A stretch of 63,484 nucleotides of DNA, the filler included, from Octopus bimaculoides (taxonomy: Eukaryota): assembly GCF_001194135.2 (NCBI RefSeq). It is 6 parts of 5 records of this genome, joined end to end, with 100 filler letters (N's around TTAATTAATTAA, not from the genome) between each part and the next. Parts side by side here need not be neighbours in the genome. Positions count along the whole stretch, not along the records: positions 21,821 to 51,991 come from NC_068987.1; 5 more parts are not named here. One strand, written 5' to 3'. The notes below the pieces were generated by a model, which searched no databases, was not told where the DNA came from, and worked only from the letters and a program-made list of their open reading frames with translations. Positions 38,291-50,849 of this stretch are shown piece after piece; position 1 is the first letter of the stretch; each line of letters begins with the position of its first letter. Both the position numbers and the translations under genes were made by a program.

Positions 38291-38642
38291 CAGCAGCATA
38301 GCTGTGCCAAAGAGAAGGGAACGGTCCACCCCGGGTGATGCTTTTATAGGGGCAGCATTTTTATATCTGCTATAAGTTTGTTTAGAGGGCGGGTTGGTAA
38401 CAGAGGGGCTAGTGGCACAGCAAACTGAAGAGCTGCCCTGGGTGGCACATAGGGCCGGCCCTAGTGTTGCTGGCGCACCGGGCAAGCTGAACTTCGGCGT
38501 GTACAAGCTGACGGTCGTGGAAATGTCGTTGTCTTTGTCACGTCCTCCTTGGCGCCTCCTAGCACATGGTGCCCTGGGCGACTGCCTGAGTTTTCGGTAC
38601 CTTGAGCCGGCCCTGGTGGCACACACTATGGTTACGCCACTG
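38291..38642. mobile_element. hAT-like MITE (CAGTGGCGTA-type ends) hosting a nested MITE
   Basis: Ends cagcagcatagc and ggttacgccactg. Related copies are inverted at 38982-39121 and partial at about 51680-51745. Confidence 0.5.
38450..38615. mobile_element. 166-bp hAT-type MITE with 8-bp target-site duplication
   Basis: TIRs tagggccggccc and gagccggccctg; GTGGCACA at 38442-38449 and 38616-38623. Confidence 0.78.
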
Positions 38643-39335
38643 CATCTAATGGCGATCAAGCACAGACAACTTCTTGGTCCCATCACCCTTGATTTAACAA
38701 AATATCCAGGATGTGACAGCCAGAAGAGAGGATTGTACCAACATCCGCTTGATACTCATTGCAGCTGAGGAGACTGAGGCAGTCTGAAACGAAGTGCCTT
38801 GTTCAACAAGTCATTCGGATTAGGAATTGAACCTATAGCTCTCTGCTCAACAGCTAAATACCTCTAACCATTCGGCCATGTAGCTTATGTAAAGGGAGAA
38901 GTTAAAGTCATATCATTTCATGCCTAATCGCAAATCCCTGTAGAAACCAATGAACTAATGGGATAGTTTCTATGTTGTGGCCAGTGGCGGAGCTGAAGTG
39001 TGTGCCGCTCGGAGCAGCCCTTGATGGGCTGAAATAGAAGACACGAATGTGCCGCCCCATAAAAGCATCGCCTAGAGCAGACCTCCCCGTCCCATCTTCT
39101 CCCTCTCCAGTTACGCTACTGGTAGTGATTCTCTACCTGCTAGAAATAGCAACCAAATTAGACTTCAACAATCTAGAAATGAGAGGAACAGATTCGCTTC
39201 GTAATCATATGATTTTGAGTTTGATCAACTGTGTCATGTCTTGAGCAAATATTTTCTACTATGGCTTCAGGTTGACTAATTCAGTGTCAGCAGATTCTGG
39301 TGGACAGAAACCGTACAACTGACACTCAAATAACG

Positions 39336-39385
<50 letters not shown>

Positions 39386-39422
39386 CTTTCTCTCTATGTA
39401 TGTATGTATGTATGTATGTATG

Positions 39423-39493
<71 letters not shown>

Positions 39494-41487
39494 ATCTATT
39501 TCTCTCTGCTACAGAGTTAAGTTGGGTAAAGTATTCCTCCTCCAGAAATGGAGAAAGGTTGAGTGAAGGACTAACACCATGTTCCCATTAGACAACTGAT
39601 ATACAACAGAAGTCATTGAAGAACAGGTCCAAGAATAAATCAGAATATCTGTGAGAAAATTTGCTTTGATGTTACATGGCAGAGCTATGCCCAGAAAGAT
39701 AATGAGAAGGGTAAGTTGCGTTCAATTAGAATTTTTTATTAACATATTGGTTACCTTCTCTCAGCAGAGAAATTACCTTGTCCACTGGAAATATTTGTTG
39801 TCATAGTGGTTTCAAATTTTATCGACCCCGAAAGAATGAAAGACAAAATCGACCTCGGTAGATTTCGAACTCAGAACCTAACGAGGTTGACTTTGCCTTT
39901 CGTTCTTACGGAACCGATAAAATAAAGAATCATTCAAGTACTGATGTCGATGTAATCAACAATCACCATATTTAAAGCTGTTGGCCTTGTGCCAGTATTT
40001 GAAGCCATATTAAAAGATGTTGAATGGAATTTCTTTTCTCCTGAGATATTTCGTTTAAGAGAAAGAGGTCCTCCATCAGGACAATATAGATTTTACCAAC
40101 TTCGCTCACCTTCCTCAATTTTCTCCGGCACTTTTTCTCAAACGTCCGTCTCCTTTATTAATAAAATTTAGCTTTTTGTTTAAGACTCATCCTTCAAATA
40201 CATTCAATGTTCTTTGTTGAGGTCAGCAATGGATTGTATTGTATGATGCTGCTGTAGCGAGATTTCTGCTGAGTTTCGAACCATCTTGCCCGGGTCCGCA
40301 GTTTATGACCACGACCCAACTATATTGCCATAAAAGGCAAAGACCATCTACGAGAAATAAATTCTGTAGCCATAAAAGATATTAACCCCTACGTGAACAT
40401 GGTTCGACCAATCAAACTTGGCTGGTGTGTAACCAAATAGCAGTAGACTGGAACATTTTGTGAATTTTCCAACCAAATAGTTCTGCTGAAGATTCTAGAA
40501 GTTTTGACCGAATGTTATAAAAAGTTGAAATAATGGACTCCCAAACAAAGCATTCTCGGGTGCTTCCCAGAAATCTGTTGGTCAGTTTTGTGATAAGGTG
40601 GTCTCATTTTTTTCTTCTTTGGTAACCTTGTAGCTATCATACTCTCTGTCTCATATACGATACTGTATTGAAATAACCGCAGTGCATATGTAAATGCAAA
40701 CGTTCCAGATACTATTAAAAAAATATGGAAACTTATACAAATATTAATGGGATCATTCTCACCTTTTCCCGCAACCTGTCTACCGTATTTGATGGCATAT
40801 CAGACACTATTATTTCTCAATAATAGATCTCAAAGAAAAAAATTCCCTGGGTTTTATAAACAAAGTTGGGCCTCTTATAAGCTTTAATGCACTAAAAACT
40901 TCTTTTATGAGTATACACTATTGAACCTGGAATGCATCAAACATGGCCGTGTGTGTTTTATGTATATATGTTGTATACTACCAATCACAGGTTCGTGACT
41001 AAAACCCAGAACAATCCAACTCCATAAAACTGTCTTTCTTTAACTTCTTTATTCAAATAGTTTCATAGCCTCGGTCTGCTTTGTTTAAAAAATGTAGCTG
41101 GTAAAATTTAAGGTTAATAACAAATTTTATTGAACGTCAGACGCTCTCTTTCTGTGGGTTTTTTTATTCCCGTGGTGTTCATATGTTTTTCTTTTTTTTG
41201 CTTTTTTGTTTTTTGTAAGAGTGACTCGGAAAACAAAATTTCTTCAATACTCATTCATCGTTTGACTTATTCCTCAGGTTCATTCGCTTTTCGTTTTTCG
41301 TAAACAACTGATTTTATTGAATAACACGGCTTTCTTGTAGCTTATTTATGTGCAAATAACCTATTTTATTGAAAAGGTGTCACCAAACAAGTAAAATAAC
41401 AATTTCACAACACACTCAAAAGATTTCGCACCAGAGTTAAATCGACCCAGTAAATAGTTCAAGTGAATATTTGCTTATACAACGTAT

Positions 41488-41537
41488 ATGACCGCGAGTC
41501 CGCTGCCCTAACCACTGGGCCATTCATTGCGCCTCCA
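41488..41537 (-). mobile_element. Truncated tRNA-derived SINE head
   Basis: Minus strand ggaggcgcaat..ggcccagtggttagggcagcggactcgcggtc contains an A-box. Confidence 0.45.
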
Positions 41538-42751
41538 CTCAGTTGAAAGCAAACCAAGGTCACTTATGATGATAGTCTTTCCTGACTTTGTGATCCACGA
41601 AAGCATATTTCTTTAAAATTAAATTATTCAAATTTATGAGTTTGTCTTTCCACCGCTTGATAACCCGTTTTGGTTTGCCTACCCCCACCCCTCTAACATA
41701 AGTACTGGAATCGATTTATTCGACCAAATCCTGCAAGGTAGAGCCCCAGCATGGGCACAGTAACTTTAAACTGAAAATTCACTCAATACTTTCCAGTAAA
41801 GTACATGTTAATGTTTTCGAGGAAAAGGTTGACAGTAACTTCGAAGCTTCGGTATCTTTGCTGTTATNNNNNNNNNNNNNNNNNNNNNNNNNNNNNNNNN
41901 NNNNNNNNNNNNNNNNNNNNNNNNNNNNNNNNNNNNNNNNNNNNNNNNNNNNNNNNNNNNNNNNNNNNNNNNNNNNNNNNNNNNNNNNNNNNNNNNNNNN
42001 NNNNNNNNNNNNNNNNNNNNNNNNNNNNNNNNNNNNNNNNNNNNNNNNNNNNNNNNNNNNNNNNNNNNNNNNNNNNNNNNNNNNNNNNNNNNNNNNNNNN
42101 NNNNNNNNNNNNNNNNNNNNNNNNNNNNNNNNNNNNNNNACACAAATTCGGACAGACACACAGACAATATTTTTATCTTTTTATTACATGTTAAAAACTC
42201 TCAAGTTAAAAAAAAAAAGACAACAGCAATGATATATAAAAAGTAAATTAAAACAAAGAAAACAAAGATAACAAGATTCAAAGTATATATATATGTATTT
42301 CAGCCAAATCATCAGCTTCCAGTAATATTATGAAATCAATATTAAATAACAGCAAAACAATTTCACCGAGCTTATCAATAACCTAGAAACCGAAGATCGT
42401 TGAAAGTTCAGCAGGTTAAGTTGGTTTTCATAAATTTATAGATTAAGAATATTGTTAATTTCCTATGACATACAGAATATAAAGACGGCAATATTTTAAT
42501 AAAGTATAGAATTATGATTTTATTAAAAGTTTTCTTGAAACTTCTCAATTTTTCGGTATATGATAATTAATTACTTTTTCAAATTTGTATCAAACATTTA
42601 TATCCGCCATTTTATGATATCTGCGATTCGCTTTGTGTCTTTCTTCGGCTTGATTATTTGATTATCGAGGAATAATTTGAAGATAGATACGTGTAGACTT
42701 GATGCTATTATTTCAAAATAAATTACACACACACACACAAACACACACACG

Positions 42752-43035
42752 TGGGCGTATACAACACCGACTTTCCGGACACTGATGGTTCAGAACCTCT
42801 TATAATCCACACGAATTAAACGAGACACCAGACTAGTCTTCTGGTCTTTACACAGAACAGTATCATTAAGTTTTTATCATTTATCTTCCTATATAGATGC
42901 CTGCATTTCATTTAATTATCTAAGTAAACTTAATACTTGTTTAATTTAGAGAGTAGCCACCCCTGGTTCGGAAAAATCAGCAATTCGGAATGGTTTTGAA
43001 ACCGAAGGTTCCGGAAAATCGGTGTTATACCTGTA
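42752..43035. mobile_element. Possible MITE with degenerate TIRs
   Basis: tatacaacaccgactttccgga (about 42758) versus tccggaaaatcggtgttatacctgta (about 43010-43035). Confidence 0.35.
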
Positions 43036-45544
43036 CATACATACATACATACATACATACATACATACATACATACATTATATATATATATATATATNNN
43101 NNNNNNNNNNNNNNNNNNNNNNNNNNNNNNNNNNNNNNNNNNNNNNNNNNNNNNNNNNNNNNNNNNNNNNNNNNNNNNNNNNNNNNNNNNNNNNNNNNNN
43201 NNNNNNNNNNNNNNNNNNNNNNNNNNNNNNNNNNNNNNNNNNNNNNNNNNNNNNNNNNNNNNNNNNNNNNNNNNNNNNNNNNNNNNNNNNNNNNNNNNNN
43301 NNNNNNNNNNNNNNNNNNNNNNNNNNNNNNNNNNNNNNNNNNNNNNNNNNNNNNNNNNNNNNNNNNNNNNNNNNNNNNNNNNNNNNNNNNNNNNNNNNNN
43401 NNNNNNNNNNNNNNNNNNNNNNNNNNNNNNNNNNNNNNNNNNNNNNNNNNNNNNNNNNNNNNNNNNNNNNNNNNNNNNNNNNNNNNNNNNNNNNNNNNNN
43501 NNNNNNNNNNNNNNNNNNNNNNNNNNNNNNNNNAAAATGAATATAAGATGCAACAAGAGTCATCAATTTTGATTGATTTGTGATTAGTTCTTAAAATTTG
43601 ATAGCGATGTCCATATTCTTTGATTACAATATTCATGAATATTGTAGAAATTTGGTGACACTAAATTTTGTAATTTTTCCAAACAAATTATTTATCTTTG
43701 AGACGAAGGGTCAGCACTTCTGGTCTTTGAAATCAGACTTGTAATCCTGTGAGCTGTAGAGAGTGCCAGTTCTGGAAAGGAGGGATTTGGTGAAGTACTT
43801 AGTAAGGACACTTTAAGGAAAAAATGAGAAGAGCAGAAAGTATAAGAAAGTCTCGGACGGAGGATGGATGGCTTATAATTTTCTCATTTAGGAGTAGCAG
43901 CCGTTTTAATAGTAGCAGAAGCGGCAGAGAGATGATACAATAGACCTGTGGGTTAGAGGTTATGGCATGTTGGTGAATGAAACTTTGTCATCGAGATTAA
44001 TGCAGCTTTGAGGGCCAGCTGTACCATCGCCAAAATGAGGCTAACAGTACCATCGCCAAAATAAGGCCAGTTGTATCATTACCAAAATGAGAGCCGTATT
44101 TCCTTGCAGGATGCGCCTGTATCTTGTAAATGTCAGCAAAATGCACAAAACTGAAGTAGTTTTTAGCATTTTGGAATAGTTTACAATATTATAATTGGCA
44201 GTCGCCATGACAAGCAGCTAAAGGTTGTGAAAGCTATTGCTTGTAAGATATGTTGTTTGAAGGTTAAATAATACCAGAGTGGAGTTTCTCATAGATACAC
44301 TTTTAGAATGAAGAAAGAAGCAAAAACCGATTCAGTCATAATGCCATTTCTTAAAAAAGCTTCTTTTCGAACAGATTTGCTAAATTTCCCTTCAAATATT
44401 CCTTAAATTCAATGATTGTCAATTCTTTAGGATTTTGTATAAAATTATGTGAATTTCTTTCCGACTCGACGAAATGCCATGTACATTCAAGAAGGGAAAA
44501 TGGTAAGTTGTCGTGTATATTCCCCCGCAAGAATATTAAAGAAGAAAAGTGAATTTTCTTTAACCAGGAATCAAATTCTCTCGTCACTATGTTTGTAACT
44601 CTTTATTTAAGATTCTTTCGTATTAAACAATTGGATTCTTCTCTTCTGGGTCTATACAGCATTTTGTATTTCACTATCTACGGAGGTCATTTATTGAAGA
44701 GAACCAGAAACAGACGCGTGACGTTTATATAGGAATATCGTTTCACAATAGAATAAAATGGTTTCATTGAGGAGAATTTCAGGTAAAGCAGTCTCAGGTG
44801 GCCATAAATATTCCTTCTTTGTTACTTTGACTCTGCTTACCTTTCATTGATCTTACAAATGTTACAACCTTGTTCATAGAGATTGCAATAATTTCTTACT
44901 CATTCAACGTTTTACTGTTGAGCTTGGGGTTTGTTGACACCAGAAAGCCATATTAGAATGCATCTGGTTTAGCAATCGACACACTCCTCAAAATGAAACT
45001 TTGTATTCAAATATCAGTTAATTCAATTACTATTCAGAAAAGAAGAATTCATGATAAACGTCTGTTTCCCGCCTATTGTCGTCAGTGTTATATTCGTATT
45101 AAAAGGTTTACACGATTAAAGATAATGATTTCTTTTATAAGCAGATAGCGAATAATTTTGGGGGGAGGGGTTGTCGATACCATCGACCACTGTAAATGAC
45201 TGGTACTTCATTTTATTGACCACAAAATTATTTATAGTAATAGCTTATTACTTATGTCTGGAATTTCATAGGAATTTGCAAGTCTGGGTTGATTTGCAAT
45301 TGGTCTTAGCGTCGTGTTTTCAAGCAAATTGAAGTGATTCCATTTGAGAAAAATGCAGAGAAATTTACTATAATATCCCAAATACATGGTTTTCAATTGG
45401 TAAGGAATGGTTCCAATACTTTTAAACGTTGAACAGCCGTGTAAGATTAATTTGAAAAATGTCATTGTAACCATTGGTAAATAAAATATCTCAGCAGCAC
45501 TAAGAGTATATCAGGAGCCTTTCCAAGTTTGATAATAATTATGG

Positions 45545-45607
<63 letters not shown>

Positions 45608-45725
45608 ACAGGTTCAAAAAATAATTTTGTCAATCTACTTCATTTTGGTTAATATATAAAAGATTGAGGCACTCTTCTTTTAAGTTTAACTCTATATCTT
45701 CTGGAGGAGTTACCTCAGTCCTTTA

Positions 45726-45784
<59 letters not shown>

Positions 45785-45903
45785 GGTTGGTGGAGATATA
45801 TATAAAGTTACTAAATATATCGTTTGATATTCAAAACAGTTTCCCGCGTTCCATATATCATTTAACTAGATTCACCAAGAAACTAGTTTATTCTTCCATT
45901 TTC

Positions 45904-47454
45904 TCAGTTTAACTTTCGCACCTTCAAAATTAAATTCGGCTCCGGCCGACTGGTTATGGTTGCTCGTCGTTTATAACTGACGCCAGGCATGAGCTTGTAT
46001 TCAAACTTGTTGATAAGTAAAGCTAGGGCCGCTTTCATCTCCATCAAAGCAAACTTATAACCAATGCACATTCTGCCCCCAGCAATGAAAGGTATGAAAG
46101 AATAAGGGTAAACTTTTGAAGGATCGCTAAATCGCTCCGGACGAAATTCCATTGGATTTTCCCAGTATTTTGGATTCTTTTGCAAAGAGGTTATGTTCAC
46201 AAAAAGGAATGTTCCTTTTGGAAATGTGTAATCCCCAATTCTGCAATCTTCAATAGCTTCTCTGCTGACCATCAAAACAGCCGGATAAATACGCATTGTC
46301 TCGTCTATGACACATCGAAGATACGATAATTGTTCCAAATGGTCGTCTGTGATATTCCTTCCATCTTTTGGCAGAACCGAACGTATTTCTTCTCTGACTT
46401 TATCTTGGATGTGAGGATAACGAGCAAGTTGTAACAAAACCCAGGTTATCGAAACAGCTGTAGTTTCATGCCCAGCTAACATGAACGTAACTGCGTGATC
46501 ACGGATTTCTTTGTCACTCATTCTTTCACCAGTATCCTCATCTTTGGCATATAATAAAGATTCGAGAAGATTGCTGACGTTTGAATCATCCTCATTCGAT
46601 AAATCGATGGTCTTTCTTTTTTCTTCAATAATACGATAAACAATGTCGTCTAAATTCGAAATATATTTCTCGTATTCCTTCATTGATTTCGTTTTGAAAA
46701 CATGTAAAAACGGTAAGAAGTCTGGTAGAACTCGTTGCCAGTTTAACTCAAGCTTTTGTGAAACTTTTGTGAAAAGATCTGTTGTTTCGTTACTGTTGTT
46801 TTCGATGCATTGAAAATCATAATCGAACGCACATTTACCAATAACATCAAATGTTAAGTTAGTCACTTGTAAATTGATTGGTATCTCAGTGTAACCATCG
46901 CGACTAGTTTCCATAAGTTTTTCCCATTTGTTCATCATTTTGATTGTGTGTGATTCAAATATCGGGATCATATTTTTCAAAATATTTTTCCTGAACGATC
47001 CGTTACAAAGTTTGCGGTTTCTACGATGAAGTTTGCCTTCAGTTGTGACCAATCCGTCTCCTAGCAGTTTTTTAATGAAACGATATCCTTCGGGAGCTTT
47101 TCTAAAACTTTTACTTTTAGTAACGAGAATAGCCTTCGCAACATCAGCGTCTGCAACACACACCCTTTCGTATCCATAGGCCCAAAATACTCGGAATACA
47201 GAGGCATTCAATCTTTTCATCCACGATTCGTAATAATATCCAGATTCATGTCGTATAATGTCTATTAAAGACCCAAATATTGGAATGTATGTCACACTTG
47301 GCATATATTTTAGTGGAGAAAAATATATCTTGAGAAAGTGTGAATACACAACCCACGAAAGAAGGAAAATAGTTACGAATTGTGGAAGCATTTCCCAGGT
47401 GATGCTCTGAGAGGCAGCCTTGTAGGAGTTTATTACGGAAGTTAATGCTTCCAT
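45904..47454 (-). CDS. Cytochrome P450, microsomal type, 516 aa, uninterrupted CDS
   Basis: N-terminal hydrophobic anchor and Pro-rich hinge; I-helix FMLAGHETT; K-helix ETMR; PERF; heme motif FIAGGRMCIG. Start context AAAATGG; AATAAA at 45887-45892 on the minus strand. Confidence 0.96.
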   Translation of the reverse strand: MEALTSVINSYKAASQSITWEMLPQFVTIFLLSWVVYSHFLKIYFSPLKYMPSVTYIPIFGSLIDIIRHESGYYYESWMKRLNASVFRVFWAYGYERVCVADADVAKAILVTKSKSFRKAPEGYRFIKKLLGDGLVTTEGKLHRRNRKLCNGSFRKNILKNMIPIFESHTIKMMNKWEKLMETSRDGYTEIPINLQVTNLTFDVIGKCAFDYDFQCIENNSNETTDLFTKVSQKLELNWQRVLPDFLPFLHVFKTKSMKEYEKYISNLDDIVYRIIEEKRKTIDLSNEDDSNVSNLLESLLYAKDEDTGERMSDKEIRDHAVTFMLAGHETTAVSITWVLLQLARYPHIQDKVREEIRSVLPKDGRNITDDHLEQLSYLRCVIDETMRIYPAVLMVSREAIEDCRIGDYTFPKGTFLFVNITSLQKNPKYWENPMEFRPERFSDPSKVYPYSFIPFIAGGRMCIGYKFALMEMKAALALLINKFEYKLMPGVSYKRRATITSRPEPNLILKVRKLN

Positions 47455-47476
47455 TTTGATAGCTTGGATGGATTTT

Positions 47477-47726
47477 CTGAAAATAATGAAAGAAAGATAA
47501 TTAAAAACAGAAATATTTATTTACTTTGATGAGTTAAAGGGGCAAATTTTTTTGAAGGAATGAGAATTCTTCACTAATCGATGCTTTTATCAATATTGGG
47601 CGGGAAAACGCCAAAAAGTATATACTTGAGTATTGACCAGTAAGGTGGGGTATTTGAGACGGTCAAGCAGCTTAGTGCTGCTCACGAAGATCGTACACAG
47701 GCTCAGATATAAAATACAAATTTCAA

Positions 47727-47768
<42 letters not shown>

Positions 47769-48222
47769 AATTACAAGATCTATCTTGCGGGATTTTCTCA
47801 TAAAGACTGGCCATACTATTGAAGCAAGAAGACCATAGATGGTTATAGAGGACAAAATAAATAGTGTAATATCATAGATTTTGCAATTCCCTCTGGTAGC
47901 AGAGACGATGCCAAAGAAATTCTTAAAAACTGAGGAATATCAGGATGTAACCAGAGAGCTGAGGAGAGAGTGGAAGCCCAAGACCAAGATTCTTGTGGTA
48001 ATTGGTGCACTTGGCACAATACCCTGAATGCTACCCAAGAAATTGAAAGAGATCAGAATTAAGACTTGCATCGTCGACCGGCAGAAAAGTACCATTCTAT
48101 ATTCTGTAAGAATCCTAAGGAAGATTCGTGAGATTTGAGGATACTTATTGTCACCAAACCTCAAAATGAAATACCTGCAAACTAAATTAACATGCACAAG
48201 CGTAATGATGATAATGATGATG

Positions 48223-48290
<68 letters not shown>

Positions 48291-48910
48291 GCAGTTGTGG
48301 TCGACAAACACACAAACATATACACACATGCATATANNNNNNNNNNNNNNNNNNNNNNNNNNNNNNNNNNNNNNNNNNNNNNNNNTATATATATACGACG
48401 GGCTTCTTTGAGTTTCCGTCTACCAAATCCACTCACAAGGCTTTGGTCGGCCCGAGGCTATAGTAGAAGACACTTGCCCAAGGTGCCACGCAGTGGGACT
48501 GAACCCAGAACCATGTGGTTGGTAAGCAAGCTACTTACCACATTATATATATGCGTGTGTGTGTTTGTGTTGTACTTGTATTTCAAAGGGGCCAGCCTTG
48601 TAACATTCTGTGTCATGCTCAATCTCCCCGAGAACTACGTTAAGGGTACACGTGTGTGTGGAGTGCTCGGCCACTTGCACGTTAATTTCACGAGCAGGCT
48701 GTTCCGTTGATCGGATCAACTGGAACCCTCGTCGTCGTAACCGACGGAGTGCCACGATGTATGTATGTATGTATATATGTATGTATGTATGTATAGGAGG
48801 CATAACATGCATGTGTACTGAAAGGCACACACGTATAACATGTATACATATATAAATTTATATGCATATTTTATACGTCCATTTATGCAATATTCATGTG
48901 TAATATACAT

Positions 48911-48941
<31 letters not shown>

Positions 48942-49133
48942 CACACACACACGAGTGAGTGGACAGGCACAAAAGAAATAAAGAGGCACTCAACACATTT
49001 TGTAGGTATTACATATATTGAAACTGTTTTAAATAATGATATTAATGATAACAATAATAATCCTTTCTTTATTCATAATACACGCATACACACGTAAATA
49101 TATATACATATGCATATATATACATATACATAC

Positions 49134-49178
<45 letters not shown>

Positions 49179-49185
49179 GATAGAT

Positions 49186-49236
<51 letters not shown>

Positions 49237-49665
49237 CACACACACATATACATACACATATACATACACATATTTATATATATTTATATATATGTATATA
49301 TATATATATATANNNNNNNNNNNNNNNNNNNNNNNNNNNNNNNNNNNNNNNNNNNNNNNNNNNNNNNNNNNNNNNNNNNNNNNNNNNNNNNNNNNNNNNN
49401 NNNNNNNNNNNNNNNNNNNNNNNNNNNNNNNNNNNNNNNNNNNNNNNNNNNNNNNNNNNNNNNNNNNNNNNNNNNNNNNNNNNNNNNNNNNNNNNNNNNN
49501 NNNNNNNNNNNNNNNNNNNNNNNNNNNNNNNNATATATATGCATGTATGTATGTATATAATTATAATTATTAATTTAATATATAAATTGCTAATTTCCAT
49601 GCTGATTACTTGATAATTATTATTAATGTGATTTTTATCCTTTTTTTATGAGTATATATATACAT

Positions 49666-49700
<35 letters not shown>

Positions 49701-50030
49701 TACATACATACATACATACATACATACATACATACATGTGTGTATGCACGTATGCATATATACGTATGTATATTTAATACACCTGTTATATATACCTGGG
49801 AAAATAACCTTCAAATTACATTAAAAAATTACGATAAAATAAAAACAATCCGCGTTACACTGTATCGAAGAGCCAAACAATAACCAGGGTGGTCACGGTT
49901 TGGGATGCCTTTGACGAAAGTTCAAATCAATCGTATTTGGCTGGAAACGCAAAACAACAATAAAAGCAACAATGCGAACAACAACACGTTGTAAGAGAGC
50001 GAGTATTCGATTCAATTTTATAATACTTAC
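47477..50030 (-). other. Predicted 5'-UTR intron of the P450 gene
   Basis: Acceptor tctttctttcattattttcag| ends 22 nt upstream of the ATG (exon starts 47476). Nearest strong donor noticed: CGAT|GTAAGT at 50031/50030. Confidence 0.5.
47768..48200 (+). mobile_element. R4/Dong-clade non-LTR retrotransposon 3' end (restriction-like endonuclease domain)
   Basis: Frameshifted KI..DFLIKTGHTIEARRP*MVIEDK..IIDFAIPS..EEYQDVTRELRREW..LVVIGALGTIP..STILYSVRILRK. Flanked by (AGT)n and (GAT/AAT)n runs. Confidence 0.72.
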
Positions 50031-50167
50031 ATCGAAGTTGAGACTCAGTCCACCGTGTGATGTGCATTTAACGAAAGCGTTTGGTCGAATATTTAAACAA
50101 GATAGAGATATTGTCTATATCTCTGTCGACAAAGTAAAGCCAGAGATAAGATGTAATCTGTTTTATT

Positions 50168-50200
50168 TGGGGCGGGTACGAAGGCGGAGCAAGAGGGCGG
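50168..50200 (-). promoter_or_regulatory. Cluster of three GC boxes; candidate P450 promoter
   Basis: GGGGCGGG (50169-50176), AGGCGG (50182-50187) and GGGCGG (50195-50200) in CpG-rich, non-repeat DNA just upstream of the candidate first exon. Confidence 0.4.
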
Positions 50201-50849
50201 TGCTTTATCTGCAATGTTTGTGCAACACTGTAAGTTAGACGGCGAGGTGACAGAACTGTTAGTGGCGTCGTGTAGAATGTATTGGAATATTCGTTGCCTC
50301 TCCCTGAGATCAGAGTTCAAATGCTGCTGAAGTCAACTTTGCTGGTCGTCCTTCCGGGACCCATGAAATATATTCTTTTCTACTCTAGGCACAAGGTCCG
50401 CAATTTTGGGGTAGGGGTCCAGTCGATTAGATCGACACCTGTACGCAACTGGTACTTAATTTATCGACCCCGAAAGGATGAAAGGCAAAGTCGACCTCGG
50501 CGGAATTTGAACTCAGAACGTAAAGACAGATATTTCAACCGTCGTACCAGCATTATACCTCCCGAGCAAACAAAGGTTCTGGGGTTTGTAGCACTCATTT
50601 ATTGACAGCAGGTCACAGCACTTATAGATCAAAATTGAGTCCCTAGATCCCTGATGACCCTAGACAAATCAATGCAGTAGCCCCTATAATATTTATTTAT
50701 TGACAGATCAGAAATTTATTTATATATCAGAAATGGGTCCCTACACCCGTGGTATCCCGGGCAAATTAGTGCACTAAGCCCTAGAGTTTTCATCTATTGA
50801 CAGCCAGCCACAATCCGGAATGCTGCAATATTATTTTATTCACTTAGTT

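Noticed and set aside
40080-40720. Degenerate coding-like stretch, possible DNA-transposase relic
   Set aside because: All frames interrupted and no motif could be matched with confidence.
44351-44790. 78-aa minus ORF, and a TGACGT/TTATATA/ATG/donor arrangement on plus
   Set aside because: No recognisable homology or second exon; such motifs are expected by chance in AT-rich DNA.
50281-50285. CCAAT box upstream of the P450 GC boxes
   Set aside because: Lies inside a degraded SINE head (50238-50355), so not counted as promoter evidence.
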